Made by a program: the position numbers and the translations under genes. A model generated the notes under the pieces. That model was not told the DNA's origin. It saw only the letters and a list, made by a program, of their open reading frames with translations, and made no database searches. DNA of 63,466 nucleotides, filler included, from Intoshia linei (taxonomy: Eukaryota; Animalia; Orthonectida): assembly GCA_001642005.1 (NCBI GenBank). It is 7 parts of 7 records of this genome, joined end to end, with 100 filler letters (N's around TTAATTAATTAA, not from the genome) between each part and the next. Parts side by side here need not be neighbours in the genome. Positions count along the whole stretch, not along the records: positions 16,797 to 39,113 come from LWCA01000606.1; 6 more parts are not named here. One strand, 5' to 3'. Of the stretch, positions 24,898-39,213 are shown piece by piece. Within the stretch, counting starts at the first letter, position 1, and the number at the start of each line of letters is the position of its first letter.

Positions 24898-25447
24898 AAT
24901 TTGTATATTTCAAATAAAATTAAATTTGCAATCTTATCGACATGTCTTGGTAATTGTGAAAACAAAGTTCAACATTATAATTAATTCAATTTACAAATTC
25001 AATTTAATTACATCAATTCAATTGGTCTCAGTTTATAAATTTATTCAGGTTAGCATGCCGCCCACTATGTAATCCGTATTTGTGATTTTCATGAATGGCA
25101 GATGCAGAATTTAAACGATCCGATTCAAATATTAACTACTGGTCGTGTTTAGAATGTATAATTGTCATACGTGATTCTAAGATTATATTGACGAGATTTA
25201 GAAAATTTTAATTCGTCTTAAAGTTAAGAATCAAAATTATAGATTGGTGTTCCAGTCTGGAAAATAGACTAGAAGTCTGTTAGTGGATTTAATTTAAAAA
25301 TTATATATTTTATATTATTACATTATTATTATCATTATTATTATTTTGTATTATTATTAAAATTATTATTTATATTTTATAAATTTAAATTTATAAAAAA
25401 CTTTATTTTTCATTTTACTTTTTTTGTCTAATTTACTGTAAATCGAA

Positions 25448-28400
25448 ATGACATTTTTGTTTGAAAAAAAGATTCTTACTGAATTGATAAACAATGACGG
25501 ATTAACGATATTTCCTAGGTTTTTGTTATTTTTGTTTATATTATAACAATACTGTATGCTCCAATTTTGGATCAATATTTTCGATGGAGAATCTATTTTT
25601 TGGGGAAACGTTACCAAAATACCGCCCAACATTGCGATTTAATTTTAATAATTTGATTTTTTTAAAAAAGTGTTAAAATGTGACACCCTAATAATAATGC
25701 ATATACAAAGTCTTGATAATTTGACGCCATGTTAAATAATTTGTCTCGTCTCTATATTTACTATAATGTAATCATATTTTGGTAATTTGTAATTATTATA
25801 TTATTAGTATGAATACCTTATTATAATAAGGTATTCATTATATTTATAGCAGATTAAAAATGTTTGAATTTAGAGGTTTTTGCGAATCCAGAATATTAAA
25901 ATTATTTTTCGATGTTTATTCTGTGAAAAATACTTTAATACTTTTTGTAAATGGAACCGATAATGAATATGTAATATTTATTTAATATTTATGTAGTAAA
26001 TAACCACGTATCAACAAACTCATTATTAGAGCAAGTTTAAGTTCAAAAAGTCAAAATTTCACAGATTAATTAGAAAATTCTTACGAGTATCATGATATTA
26101 ATATTATGTCAATTAAAAATATAATTAATATTGTATAATAATATTAGTAATAACTAGGGTAAGTAAAATGTTAATTTTGATATGTTAATCAAAATAAAAT
26201 TAATATCATTATAATGCCAATGTTATGCTAATCAATTGGCTAATTAAAATTTTATACAGTCTATAAATGCCATAAAGTCAGTTTTTTTTCATAAAATTCT
26301 ATAATTTCATTTTCTATAGAATAAAGTTAAAAACTTTTTCTACGTATTTAATCTGGTCACATTAATTAATCCAGTGCTAAATAACCTTTTTTATTTCAGG
26401 CTGCACTTGTAAAATACATGAAAATTTGAAAAATACTGGTTGATAATATATTTAAAATTATTTTTCACCGGGAATGCGTAAATTTCTGGGGTTGACATTT
26501 CGTATTTATATCAACTGGAATAAGCTATATCAGAATAATCTTTTTTTTTAATTGTAGAATCATTGATTATTTAAAATTTTTTGTAATACATTTTAATAAA
26601 ATAGTTTCAAAAAAAATGAATACTAAAGTGCTTTTTTAACTATGAAGGCGTCACTTTCTGAGATTAAAATTTTTTGTTGTGTTCACTGGATATAACTATT
26701 AGCTGTAATTTTATTAAAAATATAGGACTATTTTCATTTTTAGAAAAAGGGCAGGGTGGGTTTTGGTCGTGAAAATGTACTTTTTTGAATTTGCCATGCC
26801 AATTTTTTTAGAGGCTATAAAGTCAGTAAAATTGCATAGATATAAGATATATAGGCTAGTTTTAATTTTTTTTTGAACAATTAAAAACTTACCTAGTAAT
26901 AACTATATAACAGTTCAATACAGACAAAATACATGTTCTTGCTACCCACCAATTATTTTTTCTAAAAGCCGCCACTCAACTAACTCTTAATTAAAATACT
27001 AATAAAAAAATTAGAAAAATTTACCGGACACGTACAAAAAAATCAAATATATTAAAATATAAATTTCTAATTTAGCAAGTTTACATAAAACATATAAACA
27101 AGAAAGCAAAAGTTAAAAGTTACAATGTTAAAGATATTAAAGTTTCAGATAGGTAATTTTTTTATTTGGTATAAAATATTAAAATTTTTGATATACAAAT
27201 AAAAAAGATTGGATATTTCCGAAACAAAACTTATATCAATGAAAGTAAAACACGTATTTGGTTGTTAAAAATACACACTTGAGGTTTTTTCAATTGTTAT
27301 TTGTATATTTGTTATTTCAATGTTACTAGAAAATTCAAATATCTTCAGTAGCGTTCAAATTTAGAAGATACGTTCATCCGATTGAATAACTTTTATAATT
27401 ATAATTTTCATTTTCTTTCACATACATGTACTTATAAAATTTACTAGTTTTTAAATTTTTAAGGCGCGTTTTTATTTTCATCTTATACAATTTTCTATAC
27501 TTGTTGATCACAAAATTTAGAATATCCTTGTACAATGAAGGAGGGATATTTTTCACTTCATCTCAAATTTGCATTTTGGATATGCTTACTGATCGTCTTC
27601 CCATAGCTATGATTACAGGAATTGTAATCTTAAATTGTCACAAGTTTGTTGATTTTTTTTCTAATTTGAGGTGTGTGGTTAATTTAATTACTTTAGATGC
27701 CTTACATCATGTAAGGAAACATTTATCGTTCAAATGTATCGTCAAAAAAATAAAGTAATAACAAAATAATTTAATTTATACCAGTGGTTCTCAACTGGCA
27801 ACAACCCCATGTGCGTTGTCAAAATTTAGGGCACTGTAACCAATATTATTAAAACTGAATTTTATTATTTATGATATTGTTGACAAAAAATTTTTTGCTC
27901 TAATGTATTTTATATTATGGGGATGTGAGCCTTCAAAATGTCTTGATCCACTGATCAATTCTGAAATGTCAAAGATATTATTGTGTTTTCCAATATCTTA
28001 CATGATTGAAAGTGGATTCAGTTCTGCAAACAAAATATTGAATAAGGATAGAAACAAAATTAATATATGTTAAGGAGGAGATATTGTTATCAAATTAACC
28101 AGCATAAAAGTAAGAATTAAAGGGTTGGCACTTAATCACGGGGTGCAAGGATTACATGATCACATAACTTTTTTCCATTATTATTGATTTTATAAAAATT
28201 ATAGTTCATTATCATAGGGCCGCTGATTAAAAAATTTATGAATTATGGTGGAAGGGATGGCGGAAGGAGAGTTGTTTAAAAAGGTTGAGAACCATTATTT
28301 ACACAGTAGTAATATAATGTACAAATTTTATTTCACAGGACGGCTTTCTCAAAGCAATTTCTTCGCATCAAGATTATTTCAATAATTACGACGTAAATAT

Positions 28401-31400
28401 AGAAATTATGATGAAATCCATGTACTTGCCAAATTTTTTTATTTGGCCGCGTTTTCAAGCGGATATTGTAGCTGAATTGAACGAATGTGATGTAAGTAAC
28501 AAATTTTTATATACGTATTAATATTATGTATATATAAATTTCTCCACTAATGCACCATGATTTGATGTTACGTTATTTACTTAGATATCAATGATTCAAA
28601 TGAAATGCAAGTTAACGGATAAAATGACTAATATTCATCAAGCAATTTTATTATTAGTTAGAAAAACGATTACAGACCTTAGAAAAGGAAATAAAATTTA
28701 TGGTTAAAAACTATTGTTATTTTATTTTCCATTTATTTATGGTAAATGTTAAATTATATTATTTAGACATTTTGTCGGTCGAAAAAATTATTATCCGAAA
28801 ATTGGGACAGATTAAAAAATCAATTTGTACTTCGCATATGGACCTTACTCCCAAACAGTTATTGGATGATTTGGAAAATTTAATAAGAATTTTAAATCTT
28901 TTAACCTCGGCCAATCCACTTGAATTTTATTCTTCTTATAATTCTATAAGGTTTAGTTTAATTTTGTAATTTATGACATTAAATATGAAGTGTAATATAA
29001 TTTTTTATTAACTCGTAAATAACTTAGAAATATCAAAAATGGATCCAACACCTCATCATGGTTTTATACTGTTGCAGCAGATACTATATTAAAAGTAAAT
29101 TTCAGATTATTTGAAATTATACATTTTTATTAGTATGAAGTATTACATACGTATTAATATTATAATGTTATATATCAACTTTAAATTAACATTAATGTGA
29201 ATATTATTTTTTTTATTTTTATACATTTATAGTTTGCGAAATTGAGGCTTTTTAATTGTAAAAATTCTTTGGAATCTATTAATCAAGACAACGGTAATGT
29301 TTTGATAATTTATTCGAATTTGTCTACTCATATAACGGTTCCATATTATAGCCCTGGAACGTGTTGGGGTGGAAAAATTTTTTGAAATTTTGAGGGGGTA
29401 TAGTCGTGCAAAGGTTGAGTAAAAATTCATTTTTAAGTGAAAAATTATTGATATGTACTTTACCAACAATTACATTATAATATAGTCAATGCTAAAACAA
29501 TGGAAATGCCACCAAAATGGAAACTTTTCAATAAGGTTATAGAAGATATTCAAAGTTGCAATCCAGCAGTAGAGGAAAATGGAATGGTTAAAGATGATGC
29601 GATTATTCCAAGTATTAAAGAAATTGAGATTGGGAATGAAACAGAAATTATTGATAATGTTGAAAAAATGAAGGAAAATATTGATCTAGTTGATTGTTCT
29701 TTACCTATGAAAAAAATTCGTAAAATTGTTAAAAATCAACAAGATGTCAATATTATTGTGGTTATTAGTCAATGGTCTTTGTTGTCGTCTATTAGAAAGG
29801 TTTTTATTGTATTATCAATAATATTATCAAATTATGACGGCAGCTAGAATCTAGAATTTAGATATAATATTTTAGATAATACAATACGGTGTAGATCATT
29901 TAGTAGATTTTGCAATTCGTTCTTATTTTTCTACAGTCGATGATGAGGTAATAAATTCCTGGTTATCAGATTAAACATTAAAGTTATGATTTTTTTAATA
30001 TTACATTTTAATAATGTAATATATCAATAATGTTTTTTATATTTATTAGTTAATTGCATTTGTCTAGAAAAAATTAAATTAATTAATATGGAAAAATGTA
30101 CAGTGAAACCACCACTATTAGCAAAAATCGGGAATTCAAAATTGTTGGCGAATGGTGGAGGCTACAGAGCCAAACCTACCATGCTCCTTATCGGCCTGAT
30201 TTTTTCCGAATTGAGCCTATAGGAAATTTTTTTTTGGATATTATAACAATTTTTAACAATGTGTTACATTTAAAACGTAAAGTCCAGTTCCGTGGGAGGT
30301 GCCTATTTTTGATTTTCTAGGTATCGTATGATTTCTAGTATATTAGGTTTCGTTCTGGGAGGCTTCAATGCATTTTATAATGCAATTTTTATTACTTCTT
30401 CAGCGGGTCGCGCGTCATATATCAGACCACCCAGTTATATACGTTAAAATCTATGACTCTGAAATGTGGTCTGATAATAATTTTTTTATTAACATTGTAA
30501 GTAAAATTTTATATGAAATATACAATTAATTCTTTTTAACGATTGATGGGATTTATATGTGCCAAATATGGGCTCACAACGAAAAAGTTCAATGAGCCTG
30601 GGACTAATGATTAACTGTTGCACAATAAATAGTGTATTAATAATAATAACAATGATTTACCTCAGTGTTTCTCAACCGATTCGCCAATAATATTTTACGT
30701 GACTAGGAAATATTGAAAACAAGTTATATAACTTTACACAGATGGTCAGTTACATAAGATTTTTTTACCGAAAGAATGTACTTTCTTAAATTTGTAGCTT
30801 TTTTTAACTAAATTTTATACTATAGTGAGGATTTTCTGTGAAAACCGTCAAATATAACATTTTTGCTGTTTTTCATTTCCTTGTGCGACAAATTTTTTTT
30901 AATTGCTACCAATTGTGCCCCACTGCAAAGAGGTTGAGAAACATACATTCTAAACTTTAGCTTGATCATTTATATTTTCAAATTTAAGCGAATATTTAAA
31001 TTAGGAACTTATCGATAATTGTGAATTACTTTTACCTGCCACCTATGTTTTATATAAAAAGGAAAATATTAATTATATATGTTTTGTATGTAATGAAACC
31101 AACTGGGATTATCAATTAAATTATTCACTTGAACAAATTAAACCGCAATACGTTATTTTATATCAACCTGAATTGTATATTCTACGTCAGCTAGAGGTTT
31201 TTATCAATGTTTTATTCATTTAATTTTTAAATCAGTGGATCTTAACCCAGATTCACAAAAAGCATAAAGGTCCGGGAAAGAATTTGAGACCCTGTAGTAT
31301 CTTTATACAAACTTTTTAGGCTCAAGGGTCGCAAAACCAAAACGTTATGGAACCACTGATCTATATTATGAAATTTAATAAACAATGTAGTAGACTAGAT

Positions 31401-34400
31401 TGTAAACTACGTATCGTATACTATTTTTTATTTATTTATTTATTATTTATTATATGTTTTTTTAAAACTACTTCAATGTCAATTTAATTTAGATATTTAA
31501 GGCGTCAAGAGAAGATGTAAAGTTTCCAGTTATTTACAATTTAATGTATTCAAATTCTGTAAGTTTATTATTACAAATTAAGAGACTGGTGACCTGTCCA
31601 ACAAAATTTAATTTTAATTTTGGTGGTTTGTCTTTTAAATATTTAAAGCACTGCGATATTTTATAATTCAAAAATTTTTGAAATCATAATGTACTTACAA
31701 TAATTTAATACAATTGTTTCAGCGCTGTCGATAACGCATTTAATGATGTTTTAGTTTAACCTGGATTATTTTCAAAATGCTGATCATTTAAATTATATTA
31801 ATTTAATTATATCACTTTTATTGACAATCATAAATTTTTGTATCGCCATTTGCGAATCGTAATTTAAAAAAATTATATGTTCAGGGCTAAAACCCCAAAT
31901 TATCCTTTTTTTTTTAATGAAAACAACCTTAGAATTTAAAAAAATTTCAATCCAAATACGTGACGACTTCACGGTCAAAAAAGCATTATAGTATTCATAT
32001 TTTTTTCCGAAATATTTTATTAAAATAAAAAATGTGAAATAATTAACTGTCCGAAAATTAAAAAAAAGATTATTCTGATAGAGCTTATTCCTCTGATATA
32101 AATACAAAATTTCAATCTCAGAAATCTACGAATTCCCGGTGAAAATTAATTTTTAATATATTATCAACCAATATTCGATTAAAATAAAAATTGAAAATGT
32201 AAATATTGATCCCTATAATTTCAAAAAAAATGTGCATTGAACGTCTACACATTTCCAATAAAGAAATATGGGTGAAAATCTATATAATTCATTCCTTCGG
32301 AATTTTTTTCATTGGTACGAAATTTTTAAATTTCAAATTCTCATTTTTAAATTTCAAATTCTCATTTTTAAAACATTTTGAATAAAATTTAAATAAAAAC
32401 TACAACAACAAATATAAAAGTAATACAACTTTGTTATTATCATTTTTATATTTATTACAATAATTTGCAATCTTGGTAAAATTCGACTGAAATATGTTTA
32501 TAAAGTGAAGATTCGGTTAAATATTGATACATAATTGGTATTTTTAAGTATTAGTATCAGCCTCAGAATCATACATTTCCATGGTCAAAACCACAAATTA
32601 CCCTTTGTTTTAGAAATGAAACATGTTTTAAAATTTTATAAAACAAATTCTGGGATACTTTTTAAAAAATGAAAAAAGTCCGAAATTTATATAAAATATA
32701 CATTTTGAGATAGTAAATATTAAATGTGATCCCACAATGTCTGGATTTTAATAAAATCACTCAATGAACCACCTCTGCTCGTAATGACTGTTACTTTCTA
32801 CCTTATAATTAATTAGTATGTAGCTAAAAAAATATATTTTAATATCTTCAATTTAAATTTAAAAAATTTAAGGAAAATTTAAATGGATATGGGAAGAAAT
32901 GGAAAAAAATGTATATAGATATAAAAAAGTGAATGAAATAAAATTCGTTTAATCTACTGTACTAGAGTTGTTGATTCATGACATCATACTAGAGGTGTCA
33001 GGATTCATTTCGGGCGGGCCAAATGTGAAAAAAAGTTATTACGCGGGTTGCACAAAAAAATCTTTACTCAACAAATGATGTTTAAACTAACTGATTTAAT
33101 TAATTTATTATAATTTTAATTCGTTAAATGAAATAAGAAACAATAAGAATGGAATAAGTGTACAAATAATGTTAAAATTGTAATCATGAATAAATAAATC
33201 ATCAAAAATATATGCAAAAATTGTAAAAAAAGAAATATGTGTAAAAAATTGTTATAAAAATAAAAATTTATAATATATCGCGGACCGCATAATTACACCC
33301 CTGGTCAATAGTAATATTATCTCATACATACAATTTATATTTTCTAGATTGAAGAACAATATTATTTATCTTCGGTGATGAACGAAAAACGAAATTTTAC
33401 TAATTTAATTAAACTTAAACATGTAATTAATTTAAAATATAATTGTAAGCTTTACTTTTTACATTAATTATAGAGTTTACCCACTGTAATCGATGTTGAA
33501 ACTAATTTTGTCAAAAATACGAGGAATAATGAAAATAAAAATGTAATTTCATTGCTAGTTTGTATAAAAATTTAAATAGTACATGAGCGCATATTTTTTT
33601 ATTTATTTTTAAATCTATTAACACCTTTGTAGCTAATTTACTTTGTGGAATATTGAGTTTATTAAATGAATTATATGCCAAAATTTAGATAGTTATAGAT
33701 ATTAGAGAATTTAAAAGTTTAATGCCGTCACTCTTGTACGCTAATGGTTTTAATTTGTTGCCGTATACTATTGAGGTAAATATTTTATATATTTATAAAT
33801 TGAACGTAATGTATAATAATATATTTTACTTGGTAAACGTTTTAACACACATAGATAGGAGACTACATTTTGTCGGACAAAATATGCGTTGAAAGGAAAA
33901 GTATCGAAGATTTACGTTCTTCCCTCGCTAATGGGAGACTATATAGTCAATGTGAATCAATGTAATGTTTAAAAATATTTTAAAATGAAACATTGCTATG
34001 TAAATTTTATAGGTGTAGACATTATAGTAGACCGATTGTTTTGATTGAATTTGCAAACAAAATGTTCAGACTTGAAGTTAATACTCAATATTTTTTATAA
34101 TTTTTACATAGAAAATATCCGTAGAATTTGAAAATAGAAGCCTTTGTTCAAAATTATCATTACTAACTATACACTTTCCGAGGCAAGTCTACAGTTTTAG
34201 TGATTTTTACATTAAATGTTAGATTGCGCTATGTATGGTCTCGATCTCCAAAAATGTCTAGCAATATTTTTAGCATGCTCAAAGTTTATTTCACATTTCT
34301 CATAAAATAATATTAATAATTATAGAAAACTGAAAATGAACCAGATGTAGAGAAAATATTATCTCGAAAATTTCATTCTCAAGGACAATATGATCAGTTT

Positions 34401-34656
34401 CAAATGGATCCAAATTTAAAGGTTTATACGTAAAATTTTAATTTTTTATATTGATAAAAATTAGATGCTACTATTACGGTTTCCGGGAATTTCTACTAAA
34501 AATGTACAAAAAATTATGGAAAAATTTACAAATCTACGTGATATATGCAATTCCCCTAAAAATGAAATAAAACGGTCATTTTCAAATGTTACCGATTCTG
34601 AATTAATATTTAAATTTATGAATAATGAATATGTAAATAAAGAAATTAAACAGTAA
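25448..34656 (+). CDS. ERCC4: DNA repair endonuclease XPF, multi-exon
   Basis: Exon 1 25448-25518 [24 protein letters not shown]; [25 protein letters not shown]; GFLKAISS; LWPRF; EMPPKWKL; [19 protein letters not shown]; nuclease domain IVIDIREF...[27 protein letters not shown]; Hh[13 protein letters not shown]; stop at 34656. Confidence 0.95.
26145..26790. repeat. Dispersed repeat (paralog of 14830-14998 plus 16295-16420) followed by a Helitron-internal fragment
   Basis: taactaggg(t/c)aagtaaaatg...tatagaataaagttaaaaa...ctggtcacattaattaatcc is shared by both loci; 26420-26790 matches the Helitron interior. Confidence 0.8.
27782..28296. mobile_element. hAT-type MITE in an XPF intron
   Basis: cagtggttctcaac ... 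ggttgagaaccatt; flanks atttatac / atttacac. Confidence 0.7.
30663..30945. mobile_element. hAT-type MITE
   Basis: cagtgtttctcaacc ... ggttgagaaaca. Confidence 0.6.
31233..31358. mobile_element. Short hAT-type MITE
   Basis: cagtggatcttaac ... gttatggaaccactg. Confidence 0.55.
31800..32620 (+). mobile_element. Internal fragment of the Helitron family
   Basis: Matches the reverse complement of the interiors of the copies at 1396-2478 and 54787-56130; no termini. Confidence 0.75.
32990..33303. mobile_element. hAT-type MITE; related copy starts at 34949
   Basis: ggtgtca...gggcgggccaaat...aatctttactcaa...aaataagaaacaat block is shared with 34949-35190; ends acacccctg. Confidence 0.6.
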
Positions 34657-34694
34657 ATCATTTATTTATTACAATAATTTATTTTTTAAAAGGT

Positions 34695-37600
34695 TTAGTC
34701 ATAATCTTTATACTTTTTTGCCTTTTCTATTAATATATTGTACTTTTCAATGTTGTCTTTGTTGCAATTGATTGTAGTGGATCCATCACAGTTTGGATGT
34801 GATTCATTTTGACATAAAGTGTCGTACATTTTATAATTTTTAATCAACATTTCGTTTAAAAAATCTGCATATTCATCAACGTAATTTTTAAATATCTAAA
34901 TTAAAATTGATAATGTATCATTTTATCGCAATCTCTACTCTGCCTTATCCAGGGTGTCACTCTCAATTTGCTTGGCGAGCCAAATTTGAAAAAAAATTAT
35001 TACGCGGGCCCATAAAATAAATCTTTACTCAAACCATTATTAAGCTAACAATTTTAAGTAATTAATAATAATTTTAAGTAATAAATTGAAATAAGAAACA
35101 ATATCAATCAAATAAGTGTATAAATAATGTTATAATTGTAATCTTAAATAAATAAATCATGAAAAATGTATAAAAAAACTGTAAAAAAAGAAATCAGACT
35201 CGTTAATAATGAATTTTTTTAATAGTGAATGATTTTTTGTAAAATTGTGACTACGCAATTGTACAAATTATGGAAATTCATTATTTTATTCAAATTGTTC
35301 AAATTCATTATAATGAATTTAGAAAATATGGTTTTTAATTTTGATAGTATTGATTTTTTGGCCAAATTTTTGTGGGTTCTTTAAGAGAAAAATTTTTACA
35401 TCCAATTTTAAAAGATTTTGAAGATAATTTTGGGTTAAAATTTGATGGGGTTTTTAAGAGAATTTTTTTTTTAACCCATTTTTAATTTATTTTGAACTTT
35501 ATTGATTGGTCAGGTATTTCAATTTTATAAAATGACGCGACAATATTAATTATATATTTGTTACTATGACTTTGTTACTATGTTACTAAATTTTTATAAC
35601 ATTTTACTATGAAAATAAAGCTTAATTTTAACTTTTTAGGGAAAAATTTTTATATTGAGTGGTCGGGTCCAAACTCAACCAATTTGAATATTTTTTCAGG
35701 AAAGTGATGACCATCACCAATAATCCTGAAGGTGAAAAATACTTTTTGATATTTGAAAAAAATATGCAAAAGTGATCACCCTAATATACATATCAAACAT
35801 ATAGTCCGCTGACCGGGATTTGTGAAACACTGAGCTAGTTTTCATTTAAATGAACTTTTGGACTCTACGATCTTGTGTATAACTTATTTTAGTAATAAAT
35901 TACATTATTATTTTCATATGACAAGACATCCACTCTTTTTTCATCAAATACACATTTTATCATTGAACATAATTCCTTTCTATTGGGCGAGTAACGCGTT
36001 TTTTCCATTATTTCTAAAATTAAATGTAAATAAATCAATCAATATTTCAAATCCACTAAACTAGTGACACTTTAAGATTTTTAAAGGTGGAGCGGAAAAA
36101 TAATTAATCGAGACAGTAGAAATGATGTTATCTCATTGATGCATTCGGATGAGAATATTTCAGACCAGATACAAGTAGAATGTAAAAAAGTTTCACTTTT
36201 CAATTTGAAAAATTACATTTAAAATGTTGATTTACGACAAACTGGGCAGCCGTTCACCAGAAGCTTTAATAAGAAAGCTGACTGGTTAGTTTCAATTTAA
36301 TTGTTTATTTTTTTAATTTTAGCAGTTTCAAAAACTATCATTTTTATGTATGCATAGAAAACCTTAAAATTCTACCTTAGAAACGCTTATTTAAGTAATT
36401 TCAAAGGAAATCTAAATGGAATTTATAACGGGGATTACTTCTCGTACCGTACCACCACCATTGTCCTCACGGTACGATAAAATGACGCCCGCGATGAAGT
36501 TATGAAGCGATGAATAAATATTTGCAGATTTTGGGTTCATTATTTTCTTGAACCATTTTTAAAAAATTTTGAAAATTCCTTAAAACAGTATCTCACGGGG
36601 TGCTAAAAAATTTTTTTTATTTTTTAAATTTTGACTAAAAAATAATCTTCGAAATCTTTAAAAATTGGGTCAAAAGAACTTCCCTTAAAACTCTACCAAA
36701 TTTTGCCACCAAAAGTAACTTTTGGGTATATAAAATAACATATATAATAATCATATCACTAAAAATTGAGTCAAAAAAGACTTTACCTATAAAAAATACC
36801 ACCAAAATTATCTTTAAAATTTTCCATTTAAGAAACCCCCAAAAATTTGATCAAAAAATCAATGATATTATTAATGAGCAAATATGATGATAATATCAAT
36901 CCAGCAATACATTGATCAACTGAATGTTTGCCCACGCAGATATTGAATTGTATATTAGTGAACGATAAATTTGGTGCCAACGAAACTATTAAAACAACAA
37001 AATGTGCCGAATGGGCACTGCAGCGCCCATCCCTCAGAAGGATGACCTCTATAATTTAAATATAATCACCGTCAAAATTTTCGTTATATAAAATGTTTGA
37101 ATTTTCATTTATATTATTTGATTTTAAAATATCATCAAAGTGCTCAAAATCGTCAAAATTATCTTGTATTGGTTTATCTCCTGCAAGAATAATTCTAAAA
37201 ATAAATTACCCCAAAAAAATAAAAATTTACTGATCTACTAGTTTTTGATACATAAAATTGTGAAAGGAGTCACTATCATTTTTTGAGAATTTTAAACTAT
37301 TAAATTCATCAATTTCACAGAATATGGAAGAGGTAATGATATTATTATAAATTTTTTTGTCAAACAACTCATCTCCATTAAACTTGTCAAAATTGCAATG
37401 AGATTTGTAATTGAAAAGATAAAATACAATCATCTCAATGCATTGATGGAAAACATTTTTAAATTTCAAATTAGAATCATCAGTTAAATCTCCGACGGTT
37501 ATATGGGACAAGCAATGTGAAATTAAAAGCAGATACTTTCCAGTGTTTTCGAGAATGGAACTTCTAACGTATAAAACGTTATTATTGGCATCATACACAA

Positions 37601-38939
37601 AAGAGTTTTTGAAGGCATTAGTTGATATATGTTTAGGTAAATATAAAATTTCATTATTTAGACCTTCAGCTAAATGAGAATCGTTGGTACAAGGAAGTTT
37701 ATCAGCCAACAAAATGTCTACATTTTTAACGGCATAATTTAAATGCAATTGATGTGCTATAAATACACCAAATTTGTACAAAATGTAAAGATTCCTGTTT
37801 AAATTTATTAAATTTGTCGATATGAAAATATTTTCAGACTGACAGAGTTTACTTGAATCGTCTTGATATGCATCTTGTTGTAATGCAATGACACTGGCCC
37901 TATTACCCAATTTAGCTTCAATGTTATCCAAATTCAACCATAATGGCGACTTGATTAAAAGATTCGACACTAACGATTCATCTAAAATAGATTCACAGAT
38001 TTTTGAATTTTTATCATCATTCCTGTTTTCGTCGTTTTTGGTTGAAATACTGAAAAATTTTTCATACATATCTGATGTTACGTCTATCTTTCCGAGTATC
38101 ATTTTTTCATTTCCAATGCTACTTTTTTGTAAATTTAATTGATTAAATTTGTTGATGTAATTTTCATATTTGGATGTTAAAAATAAAATTTCATCTTCAT
38201 TTAAATCTTTAAATTTTATGACATTTTCTTGTAAATCTTTACATTCCATGGATAGTTGACGTTTAATGCATTTGTTTATACTATCAACAATACTTTTAAT
38301 ATTGGGATTATCAATTAAAAATGAATCGTGTATTAAATTCATCTGTTTAATTTGACTGTCCAATTTTAATATTTCATTTTTATACATGTCGACATTGTAA
38401 TTGGCATTATATAGCAATATTAAATGCATCACATCCTTCAATTGGTTTCTAAATAATTTTAGTTTCATGAGCTTACTCTTCAATTCAATTTCTTTTAAAA
38501 TAACGTCAGAACTTTTTAAACCATCAGTTTGGGCTAATTCATCAATTAAATTTTCATCGATATTGGAGGAATAGTCAAATATTTCACAAAGTAAACAATA
38601 TTGTATCAAAAATTCTTCTAAATCAAACCATTGCAATTTGTGACGTTTGTATACAATATAAAGTACTATTTTTTCAATAATTTCAATACCATTATCTTTA
38701 ATACTAGTTGCAACTATATTTACTTCATTTTTTTTTTCTTGGTCCATTTTTATACTTTTCAATATAAAATTATTACAAGTAGATATAATTATCGACTCTT
38801 TCGCAAATTTTAGTAATATTTCATGTTTTTCTTTAGTTGATATCGTTTTTAATTGAATTATATATTCATCAAAAGTAGACACACATTTACATGTGAAATT
38901 ATCAAATTCATTATATTTTTTTAGAATTTTATCAATGTC
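34695..38939 (-). CDS. C-terminal part of a large protein, resembling the tail of giant GCC2/GCC3 Cys-rich membrane proteins; 5'-truncated
   Basis: Exon of more than 550 codons (38939 to about 37230) containing NAFKNSFVYDANNNVLYVRSSILENTGKYLLLISHCLSHITVGDLTDDSN, plus small exons at about 37070-37182, 35885-36013 and 34695-34895. The family assignment is from memory of the motif only. Confidence 0.75.
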
Positions 38940-39113
38940 CTAAATGATTAAATTTAAATGGTACGCGTACGAAATGTCCCAAGGACAAAATTTCCCAGAC
39001 TGTGCTTGATTTATAAAATAAATGAATTTTTATACTACTAATAATTTTATAAGGGTGTCACTTAAATCCAACCATTTTTACTAAAAATCAAAATTTACCA
39101 ACACTAACAGGAA

Positions 39114-39213
39114 NNNNNNNNNNNNNNNNNNNNNNNNNNNNNNNNNNNNNNNNNNNNTTAATTAATTAANNNNNNNNNNNNNNNNNNNNNNNNNNNNNNN
39201 NNNNNNNNNNNNN
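39114..39213. other. Assembly spacer
   Basis: 44 N + TTAATTAATTAA + 44 N. Confidence 0.98.

Noticed and set aside
31793-32107. Short ORFs inside Helitron copies (also 1741-1926, 5154-5354, 44644-44953)
   Set aside because: Not preserved between copies and no Rep or helicase motifs.
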